Part shown: positions 1 to 13,035 of the stretch, in pieces
Numbering within the stretch: the stretch's first letter is position 1
Layout: each line of letters starts with the position of its first letter
NCBI GenBank assembly: GCA_951406725.2
Contig: OX597816.1
Location: 45,384,001-45,448,000 of the forward strand
Length of the DNA stretch: 64,000 bases
Origin: Octopus vulgaris
Lineage: Eukaryota
Direction: 5' to 3'
Made by a program: the position numbers and the translations under genes
The notes under the pieces: model-generated
The model's database searches: none
What the model saw: the letters and a program-made list of their open reading frames with translations, nothing else
What the model was told of the DNA's origin: nothing

Positions 1-85
1 CTATTTTATGGACTCAACCATGTTCTAAAATAAGTCGAAAGGTAAGCTACTATAAATCGGCACGAACTTTCCGGACAACCCAATA
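1..85 (-). mobile_element. End (TIR) of a mariner-family element, truncated by the window edge
   Basis: 1-85 is near-identical to about 30187-30269 and ends in the TIR AAATCGGCACGAACTTTCCGGACAACCCAATA. Confidence 0.85.
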
Positions 86-344
86 ATATATATTTATATA
101 GATCACGGTGGAAATCAAAACACCTGAAATGTATAGTGCAGATGTGATGTTTCTACATCGGCTGTAAGTTCTGCTGCTAAGGCCTTCAAATAAATAATTG
201 TTTATTTGTTTGGTAAAAAAAAAATGGGACATATTCACCAAGAAAAATCGTTACGTGTCATTCAAAACTAAACTAGTACCAGATTTATGTAAACTACCTT
301 AATTGAATATGGATAAGTTGCATTATGTAATACATATCATCATT

Positions 345-500
345 ATTGTTTGATGTCTGCTTTCTATGCTGGCATAGGTTGGACTGCTTGAGAGGAGATG
401 ACCAGACAGAAGACTGCACTAGATGTCTGTGTTTGTTTTGGCATGTTTTTACGACTGGATGCCTTTCCTAACACCAACCGCCCAGCAGAGTGAAACTTGG
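345..500 (-). mobile_element. Decayed SINE/LINE 3' tail (family also at 51962-52140)
   Basis: Reverse complement resembles GGAAGGGCATCCAG...CCAGCATGGAAAA..GGACATTAAACGATGATG at 52013-52140 and the tails of 6067-6535 and 8865-9380. Confidence 0.55.
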
Positions 501-624
501 GGTCCTATTCTTGGGCTATACCATTTCATATACGCTAGTATGCAACCCTTTCAAAATCAAAAGTCATCTAAAATCCAACTTTCATTCCAAAGCATTTCAG
601 ATTAGTCATTAATTCTGTCTCTAA

Positions 625-1055
625 TTCTTTCTTTCTTTCTTCCTTTCTTTCTTTCTTTCTTTCTTTCTTTCTCCATTTCTCTCTGTCACTTTTTCTCTTT
701 CTCTCTTTTTCTCCCTCTCTCTCTCTCTCTCTTTCTCTCCCCTCTCTCTCTTTCTCTCCCCTCTCTCTCTTTCTCTCCCCTCTCTCTCTTTCTCTCTTCT
801 CCCTCTCTTTCTTTCTTTCTTTCTTGCTCTCTCCTTCACTCTTTCCCTCCCTCTCCCTCTCCCTCTTTCTCTCTCTCTTTCTCCCCCTCCCTCTCTCTTT
901 CTCTTTCTCATTTTTCTTTCTCTCTCTTTCTCTTTCTCCTTTTTTCTCTCTTTCTCTCTTTCCCTCCCTCTCTCTTTCTCTTTCTCCTTTTTTCTCTCTT
1001 TCTCTCTTTCCCTCCCTCTCACTCTCCCTTTCTCTCTTTCTCCCCCTCTCTCTCG
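625..1055. repeat. (CT/CTTT)n polypyrimidine microsatellite
   Basis: Direct inspection; explains the ERERK-type ORFs. Confidence 0.95.
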
Positions 1056-1496
1056 ATATATGCATGTGTATATATACACAGGATGCATCAGTTTTTTCAA
1101 GGTCCTTTGCAATAGCTCTGATCGACTTTTGGGGGGTTTTTATTAATTATTTCTTGGACTTTTGGTTAAGTTCTAATGGCATTAGGACTCCTTACATCCA
1201 TTTTGCACTTAGATGCTGAGGAGATCCAAGAGACAATCATTCCATGATAGTGAGTTGACAACCTCCACCTACATACACATATATAATACATGCATACATA
1301 CGCACGCGCATGCACACACACACACACATACATATACACACTCGCATGTGCATATGTTTACACACAACATTAGGTGAGAGACTTTATATGCTGCCAGCTT
1401 TAATATCAAACACCACCTGGACACGAGGAGGTATGGACTGGCTTTATAGGAGTTCATTCTAATTACATCTTCTCATGTGTAGTGACATTAATTGCC

Positions 1497-1700
1497 AATG
1501 ATGATGAAGATGATAATGAGGAGGAAGATAATGATGGTGATGATGGTGGTGATGTTGATGGTAATGGTGGTGGTGGTGGTGATGGTGGTGGTGGTGATGG
1601 TGGTGGTGGTGATGATGATGATGTTCATGCGGTTGTTGTTGTTGTTGGTGGTGGTGGTGGTGGACGCGGTGGTGGACGCGGTGGTGGTGAGGATGATGGA
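1497..1700. repeat. (GAT/GGT)n trinucleotide microsatellite
   Basis: Direct inspection. Confidence 0.9.
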
Positions 1701-1998
1701 GTGTTCAATCTAAATGATACCTGACTGTAAATTTCATAAAAGTACATTACTGGAAAGACGAGTATTCTGTAAGTCAAAGTTTATTAACTATATAGATTAT
1801 ACTATTAATCACACAAGCCAACAATGAAGGGGCTTCAACTAGGTCGATAAATTTGCTAGAAATAACAACTACATCATCTTCAAATTACACCCTATCATCT
1901 TTAATAACGAAATAACGGGAATTTTGGGGGAATGTATTTTGGTGGGGTATACTATGTTCCGAAAGGAAAAGATGGAAAGCCACGAGAAGAATACTCTT

Positions 1999-2409
1999 AT
2001 TTCTTTATTGCCCACAAGGGGCTAAACATAGAGGGGACAAACAAGGATAGACAAAGGGATTAAGACGATTACATTGACCCCAGGGCTTAACTGGTACTTA
2101 ATTTATCAACCCCGAAAGGATGAAAGGCAAAGTCGACCTCGGTGGAATTTGAATTCAGAACATAACGGCAGCCGAAATACCTAATTCTTTACTACCCACA
2201 AGGGGCTAAACACAGAGAGGACAAACAAGGACAAACAAACAGATTAAGTTGATTATATCGACCCCAGTGTGTTACTGGTCCTTAATTTATCAACCCCGAA
2301 AGGATGAAAGGCAAAGTCGACCTCGGTGGAATTTGAACTCAGAACGTATCAGCAGACGAAATACCGCTAAGCATTTCACCCGGCGTGCTAACGTTTCTAC
2401 CAGCTCACG
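1999..2409 (-). mobile_element. tRNA-derived SINE family B, head plus two tandem body units
   Basis: Minus strand has an A-box-like TGGTAGAAACG, a B-box GAGTTCAAATTC and the body GAGGTCGACTTTGCCTTTCATCCTTTCGGGG twice; flanked by about 15-bp TSD GAGA(A/G)GAATACTCTT at 1984-1998 and 2410-2424. Confidence 0.85.
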
Positions 2410-2492
2410 GAGAGGAATACTCTTGATCCTTGCTCTGCTGACCAGAGCTCTCATGTGGTTAAAGAATCTTTTATCCACTTCTTTTTCCATAT

Positions 2493-4117
2493 ATAGAGTC
2501 CGCCAAAAAATGTATACACACTTCAAGAAAAGAAAATAACAAACGCATGGAAATATTTTAATACTAAATTTATTCAGACATTATGGGATTAATACAAGTT
2601 ACCTTTGACCTCTACAATTACTAGCGGTGCTCAAAGTGGTGGTCTTTAGCTTCCAGACACTAATTAGTATGATGACCTTCTACTTGAGCAACATTTGCCA
2701 AAGTGTCCAGTGGGATTGCTACACACACCACTTTAATTGCTTCCTGAAGAGCCATCAATATAGCCTGTTTTCTGTGATACATGACATTTTCAGGGTGCTC
2801 CATAATTAAAAATCTGTAGGAGAATGTGTGGGGAACGCATCTGCAAATCTTCGACCTATCCAGTGTCCTTGCAAGTTGTCGTCCAGGTAAGTTCGCACGT
2901 CTCAGCAGCAGCATCTTGTCGAAAGAAAAATTCATCATTTTCATTAAGTGCATGGATGGCAGATAAAATGGACATGCATAGCATGTCTAGGTATGCTTGA
3001 CCAGTAACAGTACCTTCAAAGAAAAATGGTTTCATTAAACCTTTTGATGACACTCCATACCTGACATTGGTCCCCAGTAAATTGACTGCTTTGTCCAGTA
3101 AACAAATAAGTTGGTTCACAGTTCCACTTAACTTAAATTATATTTCATCAGACCATCATCCTCACAAACTCTTCATCCTCACCTTTCATGTGCTGAAACC
3201 ACTCGCAAAACCTGATTCTTCCATCAGGATCGTCATCGTTAATTGCATGTAATAATATTGAGATTTTCCACCGAGCTCTCTTAAGAACGCATTTTAAGCT
3301 TGTACTTTTTATTCCTATTTTGCACACATATTGTCTTGTACACTTCTGTGGCGAGTGTGTAAAATGTTCCAACACCATAACCGAGGAAATAGCACTTGTT
3401 ACTTATTGTACGAGGTCTGCCGGATTTTCCTTCCTGCACATGACACATGGCACCATGTGTTTCGAACTTATCACCAATCCATGAAATTATCAGACGTATT
3501 GAAGGCTTTGTTGCAAACTCGCGCCTCTATTGTCATTGAACTTCAACAACAATCTCAAATTTGAAATACCACTTTAAAACGGTCTTACATTCATTTAACG
3601 ACAACTGTACCCTTGCTATTTTGTCACAGTTGCTCACAATAGCATCAAAAAATCATATGAAATATTCTAGTATTTTTAATCTCAAAATAATGCCCACTGA
3701 TTATTTCATATGTCAATAATTTATCAAGTGCAACTTAAATTTTTCAATATCACATCTTACTATCAGTAAAAATTAAAGTACTTTTAAAATGAAAAATTTT
3801 TGTTCATGTCAACAATCGATCAAATACAACTTAACTTTTTCAGTATCACACCTTACCAAAAGTAAAAATTACAGTTTTTTTTTAAAATGAAAATTGTTTT
3901 GAAAATTTTACATTAAAATTTTTTGAAAAATTGTTTTAAAAAGCCAACCACGTTCAAAAAGGCAAAAAAAAAAAAAGGCAGAAAAAATTTTAAATAAAAA
4001 AGATTAAAAGGCAACTTACATTAATCTCATGATGTCTGAATAAATTTAGTATCAAAATATTTTCTACACGTTTTTCTTTCCCAGAAGTGTCTGTTCAATT
4101 TTTTGACAGAATCAGCA
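2493..4117 (-). mobile_element. Decayed Tc1/mariner-superfamily DNA transposon with about 90-bp TIRs and a frameshifted transposase (about 2600-3600)
   Basis: Left ...ATACTAAATTTATTCAGACATTATG is inverted to right CATGATGTCTGAATAAATTTAGTATC; ORF pieces RIRFCEWF..., PFFFEGTVTGQAYLDML, FFRQDAA are typical of the DDD/E domain. Confidence 0.85.
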
Positions 4118-4119
4118 CA

Positions 4120-4174
<55 letters not shown>

Positions 4175-4289
4175 ACGCGCGTGCATTACATATTCAGAAA
4201 TAATATTTGTAGCAATATTAATCAAAGAGGTAATTAATGAAAACTAAAAGAAATTTTCTTTTGACATATGCAGCCAATATTTCATTTTA

Positions 4290-4313
4290 TAACTCTCTCT
4301 CTCTCTCATCTCA

Positions 4314-4385
<72 letters not shown>

Positions 4386-4490
4386 TCTCTTTCTCTCTCT
4401 CTCTTTCTCTCTCTTTCTCTGTCTCTCTTTCTCTTTCTCTTTCTCTCTCTCTATCTCTCTCTCTCTCTATATATATATATATACATATAT

Positions 4491-4566
<76 letters not shown>

Positions 4567-4880
4567 ATACATGTATGTATGTATTTATGTATGCATGTAT
4601 GTCGGTATGTACTTTAGTTCTCGCCGTAAATTTACTCTTATAGAGAACCTACGTATCCAGTTTTTATCTTGTAACTCGAGTTTCACACCAATGCAGTTTT
4701 CAGGCGAGTTTTCAACATATATTGAGCACTCCCTTGTCATACTTTCGATTAACCATACATACATGCATACATACATATATGCATGCATGCATACATACAT
4801 ACATACATACATACATACATACATACATACATACATACATACATACATACATACATACATACATACATACATACATACAT
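4290..4880. repeat. Compound (CT)n,(TA)n,(TACA)n microsatellites
   Basis: Direct inspection. Confidence 0.9.
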
Positions 4881-4881
4881 A

Positions 4882-5150
4882 CATGGTGTGCGGGCAAAAT
4901 TTGACAGTTTGCACAAAAATAAAAGAAAGCACAATGCCCAATCCAAAAATATAAGTAATTTTAAAAATCAAAAATATCAGCTAGGTCATGGCTGGAAGAT
5001 AACAATTTACTCAAAGCAGCCTTTCTCAGTTTCCACGACAACCGCAAGGCGGCTTCGGTCTCTGGCGCATCAGTTCCTCACTGTGATCCTGAGAATATCT
5101 TTGAACACCTCGTTGAGCTTGGCCACCAACTCGGCAAGCACATTTGATGT
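4882..5150 (-). mobile_element. 3' end remnant of a Tc1/maT-like transposon
   Basis: Minus translation LAELVAKLNEVFKDILRITVRN*CARDRSRLAVVVETEKGCFE* resembles the Tc1-like transposase C-terminus (ACxxFRxRLxAVxxxxGG.E). Confidence 0.6.
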
Positions 5151-6051
5151 CGTTTTTAACATGATTCCTTTATGATTTGCTAATTCTGGCCCGTTTTTCT
5201 TTGATTGCTTCCTCCAGTTTCATTAGTTGTTGACGGTAAGCCTCTGAATTGATCGTCTGGTTCCTTGGAAGCAGTTCAAAATACACGACACCTTTGTAGT
5301 CCCACCAAATTGAGAGCATGGCCTTTTTTTATGCAATTCAGTTTTCGATGTGGATTTTGCTAGGATCGTGATAGATTTCGATTGATTTTATTGTAGATAA
5401 TCCATTTTCCATCACCAGTAATGATTCGTTTCCAAAAAGGTTGATTTCATTGCGTTTGAGATACATATCGCAAATATCGATTCGCTGTGTTAAGTGAATC
5501 TCTTTCAATTTATGTGGAACCCAAATATCGAGCTTCTTAATGAGTCCAAAACATTTTAAATGATTTTCAATTGTTGTGTGTGATACATTTAACCTCTCTG
5601 CAATCTTTCGCACAGTTAATATGACAATCAGATTCAGCCATGGCTTTGATTTGGTCATCATCAACTTCAATAGGTCGACCAGAACGTTGGTCATCTTTGA
5701 GACAAAAATCTGCAGAACGGAATTTTTAAAATCATTTCTGACATTTGCGTTTTGTTAAGCAATCATCACCATAAACTTCACATTACTCTTTGTGAGCCTC
5801 AGCAGCTTTCTTGTCTTTACGGAGATTAAAAAGCAAAATATGGAGAAAACGTTCATTTTTGCATTCCATGTTAAAATTGACGCTGAATTAACAGCTGTAA
5901 ACAAAATTAAGCGCAATTTGCTGCTAAAGAAAGCTAAAAGTAACGGCTATCAAATGTTAAAAGGGAAAAAATCATAACATTGACAAAAGTTATTAAAAAC
6001 AATCGTAACTCACTTTGCGAAAAACGAAATTATTTTCTTTGCAATCCAATA
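5150..6051 (-). mobile_element. Mariner transposon, 5' half (pseudogene)
   Basis: ATG at 5869; RSGRP.EVDDD, WVPHKL, ITGDGKW and WWDYKGVVYFELL motifs; terminal TIR-like TATTGGATTGCAAAGAAAATAATTTCGTTTTT. Confidence 0.9.
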
Positions 6052-6066
6052 TATATATATATATAT

Positions 6067-6234
6067 CGCAGGTGTAGAAGCGCGGTTAAGACGTTTGCTT
6101 CCCAAACACATAGTTTTGGGTTCAGTTCCACTGCGTGGCACCTTGGGTAGGTGTCTTCTACTACAGTGTTTGGGCTGATCAAAGCCTTGCGAGCAGATTT
6201 TGTTGGCAGAAACTGAAAAAGGCCCTTCGTATAG

Positions 6235-6274
<40 letters not shown>

Positions 6275-6535
6275 TAGTGTGTGAGTGAGTGCGCGTGCGC
6301 ATGTTTGTGTTCCTTTATCTTGATGTCACGTGATTGTTGCAGACGAGTGTCATTCATTTCCAATATTCTGCAAAAACTTGTCTAGTCATGGGAAGATATT
6401 ACGTTACTTTGGAACAGGCAAGGGTTGGTGACAGGAAAGGCATTCGGACATAGAAAATCTGCCTCTATCAACTTCGTTCGACCCGTACAAGCACGGATAA
6501 GCGAACGTTAAAACGATGATGATGATGATGATGAC
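6067..6535 (+). mobile_element. tRNA-derived SINE (family A head, alternative tail ending in (GAT)n)
   Basis: B-box GGTTCAGTTCC, core CCTTGGGTAGGTGTCTTCTACTA, internal (TA)n, tail ...CGTTAAAACGATGATGATG; a related copy lies at 8865-9380. Confidence 0.75.
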
Positions 6536-6644
6536 GGTGCTGATAATATATGTAAGTCTATAAGTATATATGTATATGAGTGCGTACTTATACACGCACA
6601 CAAACCTAATTATACATATGTGTATGCATGCATATATGTCTATG

Positions 6645-6680
<36 letters not shown>

Positions 6681-6681
<1 letters not shown>

Positions 6682-7059
6682 TCTTTTACTCTTTTACTTG
6701 TTTCAGTGATATGACTGCGGCCATGCTGGAGCACCGCCTTTAATCGAGAAACTCGACCCCGGGACTTAATCTTTTGTAAGCCCAGTGCTTATTCTATCGG
6801 TCTCTTTTGCCGAACCACTAAGTAACGAGGACATAAACACACCAGCATCGGTTGTCAAGCAAACACACACACGCATATATATATATATATATATATATAC
6901 GGACTTCTTTCAGTTTCCGTCTACCAAATCCACTCACAAGGCTTCGGTCGGCCCGAGGCTATAGTAGAAGAGACTTGCCCAAGGTGCCACGCAGTGGAAC
7001 TGAACCCGGAACCGTGTGGTTGGTAAACAAGCTACTTACCACACAGCCACTCCTGCGCC
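6681..7059 (-). mobile_element. tRNA-derived SINE family A
   Basis: Head GGCGCAGGAGTGGCTGTGTGG (A-box), GGTTCAGTTCC (B-box), CCTTGGGCAAGT (CORE-SINE-like motif), tail (GTAAAAGA)n; more than 12 copies in the window. Confidence 0.9.
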
Positions 7060-8435
<1,376 letters not shown>

Positions 8436-8864
8436 CTGGTTTAGCGATTTCAGAAAACGTACCTCTTTGACGAAGAAAGCAACTATATTTTTAACATCTG
8501 CATCAGTGTGAAATTACATTTTCTTTGAACTTATTCCTAATACAAAAGAACATACATAAGCGAATACTTGTAGTTATCCAAGTTATTGTAATTGCAGCCG
8601 ATTTAAAGAGCAAGCTTTGTTTTAAAATATTAAAAGAAACTTTTCATATACTTTTTTAGCTATTTTCCAATATATTGGCTGTTTTTGCAAGTGGACAGCA
8701 ACCTTTGAATGATATGATATCAAAACAGCGCCTGAACGTCCCATGGCTGTTGTATGACCCTGTTGGAATTTAGTAACGTCTCACTGTCTTATTATTATTA
8801 TTTTTTTTTTGGCTTTATCAGAGCAAATATTCTACCGTTTGAGCACTTGTTAATACATCTGCTG

Positions 8865-9317
8865 ATGTGAATGTATGGTAAGAAGTTTGGTTCCCAATCA
8901 TATGATTTGGGGTTCAGTCCCACTGCGTGGTACCTTGGATAAGTGTCTTCTACTATAGCCCCGGGTCGACCAAGGTCTTGTGAGTGGATTTGATAAATGG
9001 AAAGTGAGAGAAGCCTGTCATATCTGCATTTACGTATGTGTCTATATATGTGTATGTACGAATGTATAACTGCCTCCTTATGTCGATATCATGTGATAAT
9101 TGTAAGCAAGTGCGACCGTTATGTAAACGGTGTCCTTCATTTCCAATCTTTCGTGAAAACTTGTCTTGCAATGGAAAAATATTGTTCTACTTGGAAACAG
9201 GTGGGGGTGATGATAGGAAGAACATTCCAGCCGTAGAAAATCTGCCACAATAAAATTCCATGCAGCACATGCGAGTATGAAAAAAAATAGATACTACGAC
9301 GACGACGACCACGATGT

Positions 9318-9380
<63 letters not shown>
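8865..9380 (+). mobile_element. SINE, family A head with (GAT)n tail
   Basis: GGTTCAGTCCCACTGCGTGG head; tail GGAAGAACATTCCAGCCGTAGAAAATCTGCC followed by (GAT)n, like 6067-6535. Confidence 0.75.
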
Positions 9381-9382
<2 letters not shown>

Positions 9383-9429
9383 AAACAAGCTTTATTGAAT
9401 TGTAGCACTGCCCATTGATGAGTGATTAA

Positions 9430-9900
9430 ATGTCTCAATTATGAGTAGGCAGTAATGAACGATCTATCTATTTTACCAGTTTCATCTTGCTCAACTAAGG
9501 TTTGGAAGCTTCTATCCTCAGGAACTTCTATAAGCAGAATACCCATCATCACTTGTCTGAGTTGACAATTTGTCTTGAAAATCATTTGTTGAATTTGTTG
9601 CTTTCTTTATGCAAGGTGAGTTACCGTTGAGGGTATCACAGAGGACTATGAACCATTTGGAGATTAACAATATTGAACAGCTCTTTGTCCCTGCCATAGA
9701 TGTCATAGAACATCGCATAAAGTTTTAGAATCAAGTCAAACTTTGTACCTAGGGAGATAGTGTTACTATTACGAATTTGTCTCGTTATGTCATCAACGTC
9801 ATTGCAGAAACTAGAACTCTTCACTGAGGAAGGGACAAAATGGTTGGATTGAACCATGTGGCAGATTTGCCATTGTACCTTAAATGTTCACATAAATTCC
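9430..9900 (-). pseudogene. Degenerate Helitron Rep (replication initiator) fragment
   Basis: Frameshifted minus-strand peptides WQ..LPH, ELFNIV..MVH(S)P, LNGNSPCIK and TQTSDDGYSAYR match the Helitron Rep consensus (EWQKRGLPH...MVHGPCG..N.NSPCM...T..DGYP.YRR) as recalled. Confidence 0.7.
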
Positions 9901-10535
9901 TCTTTTCTGATGATGCTTGCTCCAAAGGACTTAGATTATTAATTCAAATGTTGAAACCAAAGCAAAATCAGATTTATATCATAACACATATGGCACTTCA
10001 AAATCTATCCTAAAATAAAATGGGTCATCATCATAACAACAGAGCCTTACAACAGGCGTAGCAGAAGCTTAAAATACTATATCATTGTATTGAATAAGAG
10101 AAACGCGACCTTCTCTACAAGTTTACACAATAGAAAATTCATTCACGCAGCCTTTAAACATATTCTTACGCTAGACACATTTGAACTGGTAACAGAAAAT
10201 TTAAAGTTTAAATCCAGTTTTCGGAAACTAGTAAGGTATCATGTACCTTACAGACAACAAAATAAATGTCTTAATAGTTATTCCACCGCAAAATAATCAG
10301 AAATATAATGTGCAGTGATTCACCTCCTTTAGTGCAGAACTTTCCCGTTACACATAACAAATTAAATGAACTGGATTAATCAATGAAATGACTGTATTGT
10401 AGTACTAATGTCAATATTTTCACATTTTCATTTTCTTAAACAAAAACATCGTTAATACAGTTCTATATTTAAGAGATGAGGAATTATGTACATTATTTAC
10501 AATTGACGGTTATTTGTAGTCATCTTGTTTTTGTT

Positions 10536-10581
10536 AACACAACGTTTCGGCTGATATACCATCCAGCCTTCGTCAGGTGTC
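10536..10581 (-). ncRNA. Minimal type-I hammerhead ribozyme motif
   Basis: GACAC-CUGACGA-A-GGCUG(GAUGGUAUAU)CAGCC-GAAAC-GUU-GUGUU: stem I, intact core, 5-bp stem II, palindromic AACGUU stem III. Confidence 0.8.
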
Positions 10582-10654
10582 TTGGGGAAATTTCGAACCT
10601 TAGGTATTCCTAAGGTATACCTTAGGAATACCTCATTCCTAAGGTATTCTTTGA

Positions 10655-10687
<33 letters not shown>

Positions 10688-11010
10688 CATTCAGGTCACT
10701 GCCTGGAATCGAACTCGGAATCTTGGTGTTAGTAGCCCGCGCTCTTAACCACTACGCCATCAAAAACATAGCTAGTTTTTGGAGTTTCTCTATATGTCTC
10801 CATTGAAGTCTAATGTCGGCTCTGTACCGATTAGATAATACAGTTCTATATTTAAGAGATGAGGAATTATGTACATTATTTACATTATTTACAATTGACG
10901 GATATTTGTCCTTCTCTTGTTTGTTATTAACACAACGTTTCGGTTCGCGCTCTTAACCTCTACGCCATATTGTGGTTACGTAGTGGAACCCAGGTTCGAA
11001 ATTTCCCTAA

Positions 11011-11056
11011 GACATCTGACGAAGGCTGGAGGGTATATCAGCCGAAACGTTGTGTT
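11011..11056 (+). ncRNA. Minimal type-I hammerhead ribozyme motif
   Basis: GACAU-CUGACGA-A-GGCUG(GAGGGUAUAU)CAGCC-GAAAC-GUU-GUGUU. Confidence 0.8.
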
Positions 11057-11224
11057 AACAACAAACAAGATGAGGACACATATCCGTCAATTGCGAATAA
11101 TATAAATCAAAAACATCGTTAGCTGACGATATGTGTATCACGTGAAACTTCGAATATTAGCTCTGAAGATACCAGCGATGTACAATACACACAAACATAT
11201 GCACTTTCAAACGAAACCACCACG

Positions 11225-11432
11225 CTGGTTAGGCGGGCAGACCTATAGCGTATAAGTCACCGAGATCTCAACATCCCAGCAAAAAGGAGCGCCAGCGTGT
11301 CGTCCGTCCAATTTACTCATTCACAGCTGAGTGAACTGGAACATGTTTTGCTCAACAACGCAACGCACCGCCCGAGAATCGAAACCGAGTTCTTGCGATC
11401 GTCGGTGCAATACCCTAACCGCTAGGCCACGC
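11225..11432 (-). mobile_element. tRNA-derived SINE family E (decayed)
   Basis: Minus head GTGGCCTAGCGGTTAGGG...GGTTTCGATTCT then TTGAGCAAAACA...CCAGTTCACTCAGCTG, as at 31054, 33835 and 56352. Confidence 0.65.
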
Positions 11433-11934
11433 ACATTCACATATAGCCACTCTATATCCAGAAATAATCCAGAATCGGAAGACACTGGCGTGGGTTTACT
11501 TCCGGATATATTTCATTTGAAACTTTCAGACTTCTTTCTTTTCTTTCTCAATAAAACGCCTGAGACAAAAACACCGGACATATTTCTTTCTTCATGCTAA
11601 CTAAATTTATTTTAGCAACCGCGCTGCCTCTGGAATTAATCATCTTGTGGTGTAGATTTGGCAAGAACAAGTAGCGTGTAAGAAAAATTACGTTCCATGT
11701 TATAGATCGTTTAGATTTCTAAATTTTTGTATGTTCACTTGCTGTTGCATAATCTTCAACATTATGTGTACGTGTATACGAATGAATGCACACACACACA
11801 CAAGCACACACACACGCATATATATACATATATCTGTGCATATATGTATATGTGCATATGTATATATAAATTAAATATATGGATATTCATCTATATGTGA
11901 ATATATATATACATACACATATATAAGTGTGTGT

Positions 11935-11973
<39 letters not shown>

Positions 11974-12146
11974 TGTGTGTGTTTGTGCGCGTGCGTGCGT
12001 GTACAGAGAAAGAGAGAAGTGGGGAGGAAACAGCTGAGTCGGATAGGAAACATAGCTCAAGGAAAGTAGACATATAGTCTGCATTTATTTCATCTATTTT
12101 ACGCTGACAAATTCAATATCCAAAATATTGAACCAATCAATATACA

Positions 12147-12189
<43 letters not shown>

Positions 12190-12574
12190 GTATGTATGTA
12201 TGTATGTATGTATGTATGTATGTATGTATGTATGTGTGTATGTATATGTATACATATCCACTTCAAGTCCACTAATTACATTGGTGCTCACACAAATTTT
12301 ATTTATCAACTGGAGAAATAATATCTAACCACGAATATTTCCCAATTTCTTGGAAAGCTGACATAATCTAAAACTGCCGAAAGCTTGTGCAAGCAAGCAT
12401 TAAGTAGGAAAACTGATGAACACAGCCTTAATTATTTGGAGTTCTTATTTCGATGTGTTCAGCCAGCCGATGAAGGCCTCAGATCGAAACTAACCTCGTA
12501 GTTATCACTTTACTAACGGTCAGACTCTAACGGTCAGACTCAGGATTTACTAACGGTCAGACTCAGGCCCATTT

Positions 12575-13035
12575 TTACTGCGTTTTCCGAGAATTCCCAC
12601 TTCTGTCTGTCTAGGGGCGGTGACACTGCTGAGAAAGGGCCCAAACAAGGCGGAAGTTATAGAGAATTTCAGGCCCAATGGATAGTTGAAGATTTTCTCG
12701 AAGGAGTTAGCCAGGAGGTTGGCGCTTGTCGTAGACAAGCTGATTGGCGATGTGCAAACATGCACCATACCAACCAGGATGGGCAGGGCTTTGATCAGTT
12801 TAGATCAGTTTAAAGCCTTCGATAGGGTCAACTATCAATACTTGGCAGCTGTTCTCACGGCAGCCGATTTCGATCCGGTTTTCCGCGGTTGGATCGCTGC
12901 TTTGTACGGCGGCATCTGCTCGGTTGTTCGGGTGAATGGTTACCTGTCAGAACCATTCAGCATATTGCGTTCCTCCCTTCTGTATTTACTGACTCTTGAG
13001 CCACTGCTGCGGAAGCTGGAGGCATTGAGGGGTGT
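12575..13035 (+). pseudogene. Tx1/L1-like LINE reverse transcriptase fragment
   Basis: NFRP..., KIFSKELARRL, LDQFKAFDRV, VRVNGYLSEPF, LEPLLRKL; homologous to 34140-35230. Confidence 0.8.

Larger units (their letters stand above)
10455..11107. mobile_element. Composite non-autonomous retroelement: tRNA-like head + (AAT)n + hammerhead + tail; two minus copies and one inverted plus copy
   Basis: Copy 1 at 10455-10760 (-), internally deleted copy 2 at 10837-10967 (-), partial copy 3 at about 10986-11105 (+); block bounded by the 14-bp direct repeat CAAAAACATCGTTA (10441-10454, 11108-11121). Confidence 0.8.

Noticed and set aside
3710-3900. About 96-bp imperfect tandem duplication
   Set aside because: Lies in the non-coding arm of the Tc1-like element; an ordinary internal repeat
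12466-12495. CCGATGAAGGCCTCAGATCGAAAC hammerhead-like string
   Set aside because: Stem II is mismatched and there is no NUH or stem I; at most a decayed relic
12511-12567. Three copies of CTAACGGTCAGACTC
   Set aside because: Short local slippage or junction duplication at a LINE fragment edge; no evidence of function
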